From: Nitrospirota bacterium
GTDB taxonomy: Bacteria; Nitrospirota; Thermodesulfovibrionia; Thermodesulfovibrionales; Dissulfurispiraceae
Assembly: GCA_963790025.1 (NCBI GenBank)
Contig: CAWBMP010000002.1
Span: 576,001 to 640,000, forward strand
Reading direction: 5' to 3'
Length of the DNA: 64,000 nucleotides
A program made the translations under genes and the position numbers. Shown one piece after another: positions 48,626-58,056 of this stretch (its first letter is position 1; each line of letters starts with the position of its first letter). Below the pieces are notes generated by a model. The model was not told where the DNA came from. It saw only the letters and a program-made list of their open reading frames with translations, and did no database searches.

Positions 48626-49771
48626 TTATCCCGCGTTTTCGAGTGCGGCATCCCCGCTTATTATCGCAGAATACCTTATCTTGCGATGTAAAAAATTGCC
48701 TTCAAAATAATAATAAGAAATTGATGCCAGCAATATGGTAAGACAAAAAACTGCGGGACAAATAAACAAATTGGACCTTAATCCCGCCAGTATGGCCACC
48801 TTGATCGTAACAATCACAGAAAGAAAGTGATACATATATAAACCATACGAGATCTTACCAAGGTATTTCATCATGGAATTTTCTAAAGATATTACATTGT
48901 TAGGATTTGCGACTAAATTGAGCACAATAACGGTAAATAAGCATGCGTAAAATTCATTATTCAGATTTTTGATAGGAAAATTAAAGCCGCCGGCGATACA
49001 TGTAACGAGCAACAATAGAGTCCCATAATAAAAGTATCCGTTAAACAGCCACCTTAGATACTTTTCATTATGCTCCTGCAATATCAACGCTGCTAATGCC
49101 CCCATTGCCATGCAATCAATGTTGAAAACCGACCAGAATTCTGTTAAAAACTTACCATAAGGCAATCTTCCTGCAAACAACCAGAGCATGAATTTGACTA
49201 ACAGATAAAAAGATAAAACTGATAACACAATCACATACTTATTGAACTTTGTCTTCAAGATATGCGGCCACATCAGATAAAACTGTTCCTCGGTGCCGAT
49301 CGACCACATTATGCCCGAATAAAAAGGGACGTGGCTTATTACACTAATGATGTTAGGCGAAAAAAACAGAAAAAAGGCGAGCTTGAGATATAAATGTCGC
49401 TGCATTATTGCTTTTTCGAAACCCGGAACAGTAAACAAACTCATATGAGGCACGACAAAAAAAGATAATATAACCATCAAAAAATATAGCGGCCATATCC
49501 TCAATATTCGCCTCATATAAAAACGCCAGACAGAAATGCGTCCTGTTTTTTGTTGCTCTTCCAGCAACAGAAAAGTAATTAGAAATCCGCTAATCACAAA
49601 AAACAACATCACCCCTAATTTACCTATCATCCCAAAAAACAATACACCATAATAATTGTTTATTCCGAAGATTCCTTTGCTTTGTTCGATATGATCAAAT
49701 ATAACCATCGCCGCGGCTATAAATCTCAGACCATTCAAATTCTTAAAATAAACAGAATTGACATCTCTCAT
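48626..49771 (-). CDS. Acyltransferase-3 (OafA-like) membrane O-acyltransferase
   Basis: LNGLRFIAA, FFVISGFLIT, RRILRIWPLY, WSIGTEEQFY, GKISYGLYMYH. Confidence 0.92.
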   Translation of the reverse strand: MRDVNSVYFKNLNGLRFIAAAMVIFDHIEQSKGIFGINNYYGVLFFGMIGKLGVMLFFVISGFLITFLLLEEQQKTGRISVWRFYMRRILRIWPLYFLMVILSFFVVPHMSLFTVPGFEKAIMQRHLYLKLAFFLFFSPNIISVISHVPFYSGIMWSIGTEEQFYLMWPHILKTKFNKYVIVLSVLSFYLLVKFMLWLFAGRLPYGKFLTEFWSVFNIDCMAMGALAALILQEHNEKYLRWLFNGYFYYGTLLLLVTCIAGGFNFPIKNLNNEFYACLFTVIVLNLVANPNNVISLENSMMKYLGKISYGLYMYHFLSVIVTIKVAILAGLRSNLFICPAVFCLTILLASISYYYFEGNFLHRKIRYSAIISGDAALENAG

Positions 49772-49837
49772 AATAACAGGCCATTCTTCTCGGTCACACA
49801 GAATTTTGGATGCTTTTTGCTCTTTGCTATTCGTGAG

Positions 49838-50905
49838 CTATATAAAATTGATGTGTTTTACTGACGGATTCTTAAGTTCCCAGAGAAACTCGTTTATCTG
49901 GTTAGGCCTGCAATTGGGCGGACATTTGGAGACATCGAGTTCACATTCCAGCCGTCGCTTGATCTCTCGCCTCTTTTCTCCCCTCCATATCTCTTCAAAA
50001 CTGTTTTTATAAATATTTCCGAATACGAATTGTTCGTCATCCCAGTACGGCAGACAACTTGCGATATCGCCGGCCGAATTCAATACGGAAATAAAAGATG
50101 TACCGAAGCAGCGGGCGTATCGTCGTTCGCCATAGTACTCAAAGGCATTCTTCCTTACTATCACTGAAAAGTTTTCGTCAGAGAGTTCCATGACGGCATC
50201 AAGGACATTTTCTATTTTTCCGAGGTCGAACTTTTCTCTCATTTTGTAAGCCTGTCGTACGCTCTGCTGGACAAACGGTTTAATAGCTAAATAGTCGATA
50301 CCGTTTTCTTTCAGGCTTTTGGCGGCGTTGACAAGGAAATCGATATTTTCGGGCAGTAAAACGTACTGCGCCCCAAGATCCAGATCAAGCCCTCTTTTGG
50401 CTTTAATCCCGGCAGCGCACCCGATGTTCCTGAGGACCTCCGCAAAAACCGATTCGCCCGTCTTGTGGATTTCAGCGTAATTCCTGCCGCTCCCCCCATT
50501 GAAACTGAAACGCATAAACGTCAGAGACGGAAGCATTTTCCCGGCAAGAGACTCTTTCAGGAACTGCCCGTTTGTGTACATGCCTGCATCGATGCCTTTT
50601 TCCTTAGTTCTAACTACAAATCTGTCTATATCATTATGGAGCAGCGGCTCACCCTCTCCCGCATATAACAGGCTCTTTACTCCCAGGCGCGACGCTACAT
50701 CGATGAACTTCAGGAAAATTTCAGTATCGAGTCTCCTGTTAGGGTGACCGATAAAATCATAAGCGCAAAAAACGCACCTGTGGTTGCAGACCCCTGAAGG
50801 GCTTATTTCCATGTATACGGGATAAACATCGCCCTTTTCAGCCCATTCATTTACTCTCGAAAGATGATAAATGAGTTTGTGGCTGTCGATCCTGTATTTA
50901 TCCAT
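49838..50905 (-). CDS. Radical SAM enzyme with SPASM/twitch domain
   Basis: CNHRCVFC, GEGEPLLH, TNG, CFG...GDIASC...CPPNC. Confidence 0.9.
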   Translation of the reverse strand: MDKYRIDSHKLIYHLSRVNEWAEKGDVYPVYMEISPSGVCNHRCVFCAYDFIGHPNRRLDTEIFLKFIDVASRLGVKSLLYAGEGEPLLHNDIDRFVVRTKEKGIDAGMYTNGQFLKESLAGKMLPSLTFMRFSFNGGSGRNYAEIHKTGESVFAEVLRNIGCAAGIKAKRGLDLDLGAQYVLLPENIDFLVNAAKSLKENGIDYLAIKPFVQQSVRQAYKMREKFDLGKIENVLDAVMELSDENFSVIVRKNAFEYYGERRYARCFGTSFISVLNSAGDIASCLPYWDDEQFVFGNIYKNSFEEIWRGEKRREIKRRLECELDVSKCPPNCRPNQINEFLWELKNPSVKHINFI

Positions 50906-51476
50906 TCTTTTTCATCTTTAAAACATCCAGTATGCAGTGGCAGATATAGTGATGGATCACTTCCACTGTGCCGTAAGAAGAGGACGGCACGTAAAAATTC
51001 ACGTCACCCATAAAGGAAAGCGGGTTGTCATTATCAAAACCAGACAACGTAATAACAGCACAGCCTTTCTCTCTCGCAATTTTTACGCCGAGCAAAATAT
51101 TGTCCGATCTGCCGGAACTGCTGATCGCAACAAGGATGTCCCCCTTGTCAGCGAACATCTCAATAGGCTTTTCAAATACGTGCTTGTATCCATAATCGTT
51201 TCCGAGACAGGTCAACTGCGGTCCGTCGTTAAATGAGACAGCCTTGATGCCCCCGTTCTTCCAGAAATCGACAGCCATATGGCTCGAGATGGCGGCGCTG
51301 CCCCCATTGCCTATGAATATGAGTTTATGGGCAGGATCGATGTTTGTGCCGATAAGAGAAATCGCCAGTTCCATGCCTTGCGCGTAACCTAATTCGACGC
51401 CGTCCACATCAGTGGCCCTGGCTTTGCTCAGACAGTTCATCATGTTATCGAAATAAATTTCAGCTAATGTTTTCAT
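50898..51476 (-). CDS. SIS-domain sugar-phosphate isomerase (GmhA-like)
   Basis: GNGGSAA, NDYGY, ISSSGRS, E-x-x-H. Confidence 0.85.
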   Translation of the reverse strand: MKTLAEIYFDNMMNCLSKARATDVDGVELGYAQGMELAISLIGTNIDPAHKLIFIGNGGSAAISSHMAVDFWKNGGIKAVSFNDGPQLTCLGNDYGYKHVFEKPIEMFADKGDILVAISSSGRSDNILLGVKIAREKGCAVITLSGFDNDNPLSFMGDVNFYVPSSSYGTVEVIHHYICHCILDVLKMKKNG

Positions 51477-51484
51477 TTGAGGTC

Positions 51485-53032
51485 CTACTTCAAGATAGTA
51501 TGTATGAATTCGAGCAATTCATATTTCTCAACAGGTTTCTTGTTCCCGACGATCTGCACTGCCAATGCCCCGGCTGCATTGCCGATGAATGAAAAGAGTT
51601 CAACGTGCATGCCAAAAGCAAAACAGGGAGCGGCAAAAGAGAAAAAGGCGTCTCCGGCCCCGATAATATCTATTACCCTGGAAGAAAAGGCAGGCGTATG
51701 ATTTACGCCGCCTTCCCTTGTAAAACACATGGAGCCTTCGCTGCCCAGGGTTATCATCAGATATTCAGCCTGAGTGGCCAGAAGAAGCTTTTCCCCCACG
51801 TCCCGTACCTCAGCATACTTTAATTGGGTCGCAAGCCGTGCCTCGGGGTCGTCAAGGCATATAAACGATACGTTGCTGTATTTTGTGACCAGGTTATACC
51901 CCGCGTTAGCGCCATTAGTCTGGGTATTTACTGCCACCTTTTTTGCCAGTTCCCCGATAGTTTTTATTATTCTGTCCGTAATAAGTCCATGACCGAAATC
52001 GGACACCAATACGAGGTCGAATCCAGCCACTATCGACTGCAAATAATCTATTATCCGCGATTCACAATCTGACGGGACAAAACTGTCGTTTATAAAATTC
52101 ACTTCGAATAACTTTTGCCTGTTGTAGTTGTTAAGATATCTTTTCTTTATGACAGTCGGCCCGTCATCCCTGTAAAACAGTTTGGTACGGACATTGGATT
52201 TAAGGTTCTCCAGGACAAAATCTTCCCTCGAATCCTCAGTTCCCAATACGGTAAGCAGTTCAACTTCATCACACAATCCCGCTATATGATTGGCAATGGC
52301 GAATGCGCCGCCTGCGAAAATATCATGGTTCAGGTATTTGTTCACTATAAGCTGCGATTTCGGCGATTTGCCCATTGTTGCACAGTAGTGGTACTCGTCT
52401 ATAATTCCGTCACCTATTATCAGGACCTTCAATTTCCTCAGCTCGTTAAGTGTCCGGTGTATATAGTCAAAGCTGTATTTCTTTACAAAATCGGCCAGAA
52501 AAAGCCTGGTTTCGTCGGGATATAATTCCAGGAAATTATTTATTATCTGCGAGGAGCTGAACGAAAAACCTTCCGTTTCATAAATTCTCCATTTTCCGAG
52601 ATAGATCTCTTTCTCCTCGCAAAAGATCTTTTCATGGATAACCTGGTCACGTTCTATATATGCCTTGCCTTTGGCGAAAATGTCAGGGACTATCTTACTC
52701 ACACACTCAAATGGAATATTGTCCTCTACCAGGCATACATAATCCACCTGCTCCAGCGAGGCCACATTTTCCGCCCGTAATTTCTCGGGGAAAATGGGCC
52801 TTCCAGGACCTCTGCGTACGTCTTTGTCTTTAATTATCGTGACGATAAGAACGTCTCCCTGTTTTCGGGCGGAATTGAGATGCGTTATTACGCCGGGGTG
52901 GATCAGATCGAATACCCCGTGGCTTTGAACGACAATCTTCCCTGCTGATTTCAATTTTTCGACCAAGGCGACCAATTTATCCAGTACCAGGACCTTTCTG
53001 TTGCCCGGCAGTTCCCTTATAGTTTCCTGCAC
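51485..53032 (-). CDS. Bifunctional nucleotidyltransferase-like plus PfkB kinase (HldE-like, reversed domain order)
   Basis: N: HGVFDLIHPGV, GPGRP; C: IGDGIIDEY, SDFGHG, DIIGAGDAF. Confidence 0.85.
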   Translation of the reverse strand: MQETIRELPGNRKVLVLDKLVALVEKLKSAGKIVVQSHGVFDLIHPGVITHLNSARKQGDVLIVTIIKDKDVRRGPGRPIFPEKLRAENVASLEQVDYVCLVEDNIPFECVSKIVPDIFAKGKAYIERDQVIHEKIFCEEKEIYLGKWRIYETEGFSFSSSQIINNFLELYPDETRLFLADFVKKYSFDYIHRTLNELRKLKVLIIGDGIIDEYHYCATMGKSPKSQLIVNKYLNHDIFAGGAFAIANHIAGLCDEVELLTVLGTEDSREDFVLENLKSNVRTKLFYRDDGPTVIKKRYLNNYNRQKLFEVNFINDSFVPSDCESRIIDYLQSIVAGFDLVLVSDFGHGLITDRIIKTIGELAKKVAVNTQTNGANAGYNLVTKYSNVSFICLDDPEARLATQLKYAEVRDVGEKLLLATQAEYLMITLGSEGSMCFTREGGVNHTPAFSSRVIDIIGAGDAFFSFAAPCFAFGMHVELFSFIGNAAGALAVQIVGNKKPVEKYELLEFIHTILK

Positions 53033-53035
53033 TGT

Positions 53036-53521
53036 TCAGCTCTCTCTTTTCGAAAAATATTTGTTCAATAAATTGGTCGACGAAAACACGACCTCATGCG
53101 TAAATCTGATCTTCGCCCCGATCTCCTGCAGGACCCTGTATTCCTTCTGGATTTTGCCTGTTTTGTCATCGAGGGTTTCGAATTCCTGGCCTTTGACGTA
53201 TATATCGGGTCTCAAAAGCCGCAAGGTCTCTTCGGCAGTCGGCCATTTATTGACGGCGACAAAATCGACACATTCCAATGCGGCTATGGATTCGGTCCTG
53301 AGCACTTCGCCGAATGCCGGCCTGCCCGGTCCCTTGTCCACATAAATGTCCGGCGTCACGGTAACGACGAGAATATCACCCATCCTCTTTGCCGCCTGAA
53401 AATATTTTATATGCCCTGGATGCATGAGATCAAAACAGCCGTGGCAGTGCACCACTGTTTTGCCTTCGGCTTTCATGCCCGCTATTATACCGGACAATTC
53501 TTCGATCTCTCTTATTTTCAT
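53036..53521 (-). CDS. Stand-alone HxGH nucleotidyltransferase (RfaE domain II/HldC-like)
   Basis: HGCFDLMHPGH, KGPGRP, PDIYVKG, FSST. Confidence 0.88.
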   Translation of the reverse strand: MKIREIEELSGIIAGMKAEGKTVVHCHGCFDLMHPGHIKYFQAAKRMGDILVVTVTPDIYVDKGPGRPAFGEVLRTESIAALECVDFVAVNKWPTAEETLRLLRPDIYVKGQEFETLDDKTGKIQKEYRVLQEIGAKIRFTHEVVFSSTNLLNKYFSKRES

Positions 53522-54501
53522 CGCACCTGCTCTTCGCTGACGGCTTTTGTATCAGCTTTCTGAATCTGTCCCAATGCCGTCCAAAGTTCCGGAATAGTTT
53601 CGCGGTGCCTGCCTTTTATATAAAAACTCCTGCCTCCATCCGCAACTGTCCTGACAAGCATAGTCTTCCACGGCCTGAAATAATATGCGGGGCATCCCTT
53701 GTCCGGCTCCTTGCTGAAATCTTCGGGCAGGTCATGAAGGTCGCATACGAGAGCGGTAAAATGTTTTATGGGTTTGTTCCCCTGTCTGGCAACATTTCTC
53801 GCCATGCTCAGGGCCTTAAGAAAAACTTCAGGCGCCATTACCGCGCTGCCGAAGTTCATTACCACTCCTCCTTCGAGTTTTTCCATAATCCTGGCCAGAA
53901 TCAGGAAATCACGATACGAGGTGGCGCCTGTGGCAGCGCCATTACAATTCGGATGTTCATGTATTATATCGTATCCTATTCCGACATGCACAGTGGCGGG
54001 CACTTTGAGCCTGTGCGCAGCAGCCAGGAGGCTGACTTCCTTGTGAGGGAAATCGCCCTCGGATATTGCCCTGCCTACAGACTCTCCCATACCGAGACCT
54101 GACTCATAGGCATCGTAGATGATATCGTTTATGCGTCCGGTTTCGCTCCACAGACCGAACTGTCCTTCTTTTATATAGCGTGCAACGCTCTCGGTGGTCT
54201 GGCCGATCAGCGCAAATTCGAAATCGTGGATCATGACTGACCCATTCATGGACAGGCAGGAAATGTATCCCTGTTCAAGCAGATCGATAATATATCTCTG
54301 GACACCTGACCGAACTACGTGGCCCCCTATCATCAATATTACGGATTTGCGCTTCTCTTTAGCTTCCACAATATTCCGGGCGACCTCCAGGAACCGCCCA
54401 TACGATGGGACGCCTTCAATGGAGATTATGATGTCCTTTCTGAGATCATGAAGCCTCTCTTCAAGGGGTCTTATCTGCAAGACAGACCTGTCGAAAGGCA
54501 T
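53518..54501 (-). CDS. Conserved hypothetical protein, deoxyhypusine-synthase-like fold
   Basis: MIGGHV, MNG...IHDFE, SLLAAA...VPATVH, GSAVMAPEVFLKAL resemble DHS-like segments. Start moved to ATG 54501. Confidence 0.55.
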   Translation of the reverse strand: MPFDRSVLQIRPLEERLHDLRKDIIISIEGVPSYGRFLEVARNIVEAKEKRKSVILMIGGHVVRSGVQRYIIDLLEQGYISCLSMNGSVMIHDFEFALIGQTTESVARYIKEGQFGLWSETGRINDIIYDAYESGLGMGESVGRAISEGDFPHKEVSLLAAAHRLKVPATVHVGIGYDIIHEHPNCNGAATGATSYRDFLILARIMEKLEGGVVMNFGSAVMAPEVFLKALSMARNVARQGNKPIKHFTALVCDLHDLPEDFSKEPDKGCPAYYFRPWKTMLVRTVADGGRSFYIKGRHRETIPELWTALGQIQKADTKAVSEEQVR

Positions 54502-54530
54502 ATCTTCCTGTGACGCTCCCGGAACAGCCA

Positions 54531-56249
54531 TTACAGGCACACCTCCGTCTGCATCGATCTGATTTGTCCGCCGCCAATGCCGTATACGGTATCGCAGCCC
54601 TGGATAGTGCTCAACCTGTGGGCGACTATCAGGAGTGTTTTATCGACCGCGATATCGTAAATTTCCTGCATTATCCTGGCTTCTGTTTCGTAGTCGAGCG
54701 CTGAAGTCGCCTCATCCAGCACCAGGACTTCCGGATCGCCGTATAGCGCTCGTGCAATGCCTATTCTCTGCTTCTGGCCCTCGCTCAGCTTCACTCCCCC
54801 TTCTCCCACCTTAGTTTCCAATCCCTCTTTCGATGCGAGGAAATCGTATATATTGGCTTTCCGGAGTACTTCCACGATTTTGTGTTCATCGTAATCCCTT
54901 CCAAAAACCACGTTCTGGGCGACAGTATCTTCAAAGAGGTAGATCGATTGCGGAATATAGCCTATCTTTCTCTGCCAGTCTCTGATGTTGGCATCGGATA
55001 ACACCGTGTCATCAATGCGAATTTCGCCGCGCGAAGGCCTGTATACGCCCATAATCAGATCCAGAAGGGTCGATTTCCCGCTGCCGCTTTCCCCTATAAA
55101 AGCCATCCTCGCGCCCTTGGGAATTGTCACATTCAGGTCGGTCAGGACATTCTGCTTCTCGTCGCTGTATGAGAAGGCCGCATTTATAATCCCGATGCTT
55201 TTTTGAAAGTCTATCTTCAGGTCCTGCCCCCTGTCCGGTTTATGAAGGAGGTCTTCATGGATGACTTCCAGCGCCCTGGAAGTAAACAGGATATTATTGT
55301 AGCTGGACATCATCCGGCTTACGGAAGGCAGCATCCTGACAAGGGCCAGGACATATATGGTGATAAGCGGAATGAGCGCCACAATACTTCCCTGTTTATA
55401 AATTATATAAATCATGGCCGCGACTATTATGGAGAAACCGGTCATTTCCAGGACGCACCTTGGGACAGCGACGAGAGTTGAACTCAGAGTATTTGCCTCC
55501 GAATAACCGAGGCAAGCCTCCCTGAAGCTGTCAAATATATTCTTCTCATTGGACAATAATTTGATTACCTTGAAATTTCTGAATGCCTCATTCACTATCT
55601 TGAACAACCTGGTCTGATATTCATATCTGTTGTCACCGTATTTTTTCATGACTTTTGCGGTAGCCCGCGTCAGAAGACAGACTTTGGCAGCCAAGACCAA
55701 TGTGAGTGCCAGGGTCACCTTGAAATTCACAAATAATAAGAACGCGTAGATAAAACAAAAAGTGAAAACTTCCGAAAGAAAGAACAGGGAATGCTGTACA
55801 AGACCCGAGAGAGTCACGGTTTCACTGGTTACCTTCTCAGTAAGCGCAGACAAGTGTTTGCTGATAAAGTCGCGGTACGGCAGCGCAATATAATTGCTGA
55901 AAAGCCTCAATCCCAAATGCTGGAAGCGCACATAGGTATATTTGTTCAGAAGATAAGTGAAATAAAGATTCAGCACCGCCCTGAACAGATAAAACAGTAT
56001 AAGAGCTATGCCGAAGACCGTAATAAACTCGATATTACTCCTGAAACCTGTAAACTGGTAGATCGCACTATAATATTTGTTGCGTTCTATAAGTCCCGGA
56101 TCCGATGCCACGGAGATAAACGGCATGATCGCGGACACTCCAATCGTCTCTACCACGGACAGGAAAACAGACAGGAAAAGCAATACGACGATACCATGCT
56201 TCGCTTCTCCGCTTAATACCATATTCAGTTTTCTTAAATATGTGATCAT
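54531..56249 (-). CDS. ABC half-transporter, PglK/WlaB-like lipid-linked oligosaccharide flippase
   Basis: TMD with ETIGVSAIMPFISVASDP, Walker A GESGSGKST, IGYIPQ, LSEGQ, LDEATSALD, AHRL. Start moved to ATG 56249. Confidence 0.88.
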   Translation of the reverse strand: MITYLRKLNMVLSGEAKHGIVVLLFLSVFLSVVETIGVSAIMPFISVASDPGLIERNKYYSAIYQFTGFRSNIEFITVFGIALILFYLFRAVLNLYFTYLLNKYTYVRFQHLGLRLFSNYIALPYRDFISKHLSALTEKVTSETVTLSGLVQHSLFFLSEVFTFCFIYAFLLFVNFKVTLALTLVLAAKVCLLTRATAKVMKKYGDNRYEYQTRLFKIVNEAFRNFKVIKLLSNEKNIFDSFREACLGYSEANTLSSTLVAVPRCVLEMTGFSIIVAAMIYIIYKQGSIVALIPLITIYVLALVRMLPSVSRMMSSYNNILFTSRALEVIHEDLLHKPDRGQDLKIDFQKSIGIINAAFSYSDEKQNVLTDLNVTIPKGARMAFIGESGSGKSTLLDLIMGVYRPSRGEIRIDDTVLSDANIRDWQRKIGYIPQSIYLFEDTVAQNVVFGRDYDEHKIVEVLRKANIYDFLASKEGLETKVGEGGVKLSEGQKQRIGIARALYGDPEVLVLDEATSALDYETEARIMQEIYDIAVDKTLLIVAHRLSTIQGCDTVYGIGGGQIRSMQTEVCL

Positions 56250-56265
56250 ACTAACTCGATATCGG

Positions 56266-58002
56266 CTATCGGCTGAATGCGGCAATCCACTCGTTTCTCC
56301 AATCCGGTGAGGTCAGGCAAAACCTGTTCATAAACTCCCGTCGTGCATTTTGGCGGTCGGGATGAGACCACCAACTCTCGACATCCATCCATACTTCATT
56401 GACTTTCTCCGCGGCACAACGCGCATTAGCATGCAAAATGCCCGCATCCTTCAATAATTTCAAATAATCGTCGGCACCGGGTCTCATTAAATAAACACTG
56501 TAGTCCCAGTAAAAAATACTTGGAACGTTAATAGCCAACGCCTCGAGAAAGGACGTATGCGGATGATCGATAACTGCCAACTGCACTTTTTGCAGCCATT
56601 TGAATAAAGCTTTTTCTTTTACAAGGCTTACGCCGGGACATATTTTTCTGATCAGTTTCTCCTCTTCCCACAAGTCGGCCATAGGATAAGGCCGGTACAG
56701 CACGTTTTCCTTTACTTTGTCTGCAGTCGTTTCAAAAAAAATGGTTTTTTCTTCGAAATAACATTTCATATCATCGGGCTGAATATGGGTTGAGAACCTG
56801 TGATGATAAATAGGCCTTCCAGTGCCGACAAAAAGGACCTTATTGAGTTTGGGGCAGTGGGAATCCTTCAACCTGGAAAGATGCGGACTGGGAAGAGGCT
56901 TTGTATTATTGCTTTGGCCGGTCCACCCCCATGTATAAAAAATATCTTTTTCCAAAGAAATTATTTCCGATGGGGTCGACAGAAATAATCCATAACCGCC
57001 TCCGTGCTGAAAATCTGCAAGTCTGACATCTCTTGACACAGCCTCTGCTGCAAGATATTTAAACTCCTCATTGAAATACCATCCGGTCGCAGACCCCATG
57101 ACAGCTAAGGGACCAATTTGTGGAAATCTCTTTGAAGTATTCTCTTTATATGCTTCATACCCTTCAATATTGCAAACAGGTAAGGCGTCGGGGATTATCT
57201 TGTAAAGCAGCGTCTGGAAATCATCTGACGCATTATCCAAACGGATGGATTGCCGAAGGGCCTGCGAATAATCGTCGACCTTTTTTTTGTCGATCGGCAT
57301 TAACTCGAAAAACCCGATACCGGCCAATCTCCTGTTCATTTTGAGCCTGATCTTGTCCAATGTAGTCAAATGATACATATCTGAAAGCACTGTCGTGCCT
57401 CCGGCCAAAAAATGATTCAGAAAATAATTTAAAATTCTCCTCTTCCATGGATACTTTCTTTGATAGCCTTTCAAGTCGACCGGACATCGTGTTTCAGTTA
57501 TCTTTTCCGGGCATAAATCATACGCGATCAAACTGAATAATTTAAGGTTGTAAAGGTCGTCGTGTATCTTATTATTGATAAAATTCGAGGTATCGCAGGA
57601 CACGGGCCTGCATTCCTCATACGGAAGCACATGGGTGACTAAATCCGGGTATAATTCAAGAGCATTTTCCATTCGCCTGTATCTCTCATAAAATACCCCT
57701 ATGAAATGCAGAAGCCATGGACCCAGGAGAACGCGCCAATATTTAACAGGAAAAGATACTTTATGGATACAATTCAACTTTTCCGCCAATTGAGGAAGCA
57801 TTTTTTCATAAATATGCTGACAGTAATCTGATGACGCTTTTATCTTTTCCGCCGGCTTGAATGGGGAGGAAATACGAATGTATTTTTTGTCCTTTAAAAT
57901 ATTCCTGTTTTTTGCATTCAAACACCAGGGGCCGAGAAGCAAAAGCTCCGACTCAAAATTCCAGATTTCCGAAATTCCTGTGGTAGCCAGATAATAACTC
58001 AT
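56266..58002 (-). CDS. Putative transferase, LIC12162-like family (recalled from motifs)
   Basis: LATT...W...LLGPWC start, YWRVLLGPWL, QHGGGYG, TWGW, TSFLEALAINVP. Confidence 0.7.
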   Translation of the reverse strand: MSYYLATTGISEIWNFESELLLLGPWCLNAKNRNILKDKKYIRISSPFKPAEKIKASSDYCQHIYEKMLPQLAEKLNCIHKVSFPVKYWRVLLGPWLLHFIGVFYERYRRMENALELYPDLVTHVLPYEECRPVSCDTSNFINNKIHDDLYNLKLFSLIAYDLCPEKITETRCPVDLKGYQRKYPWKRRILNYFLNHFLAGGTTVLSDMYHLTTLDKIRLKMNRRLAGIGFFELMPIDKKKVDDYSQALRQSIRLDNASDDFQTLLYKIIPDALPVCNIEGYEAYKENTSKRFPQIGPLAVMGSATGWYFNEEFKYLAAEAVSRDVRLADFQHGGGYGLFLSTPSEIISLEKDIFYTWGWTGQSNNTKPLPSPHLSRLKDSHCPKLNKVLFVGTGRPIYHHRFSTHIQPDDMKCYFEEKTIFFETTADKVKENVLYRPYPMADLWEEEKLIRKICPGVSLVKEKALFKWLQKVQLAVIDHPHTSFLEALAINVPSIFYWDYSVYLMRPGADDYLKLLKDAGILHANARCAAEKVNEVWMDVESWWSHPDRQNARREFMNRFCLTSPDWRNEWIAAFSR

Positions 58003-58056
58003 GGGACCATGCTTTTCAGTTTTGCGCCCGATCAGACCAATACTGCGAGTGCAACA

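Noticed and set aside
49786..49803. GGTCACACAGAA as a fourth repeat copy
   Set aside because: Short partial match with no partner arm.
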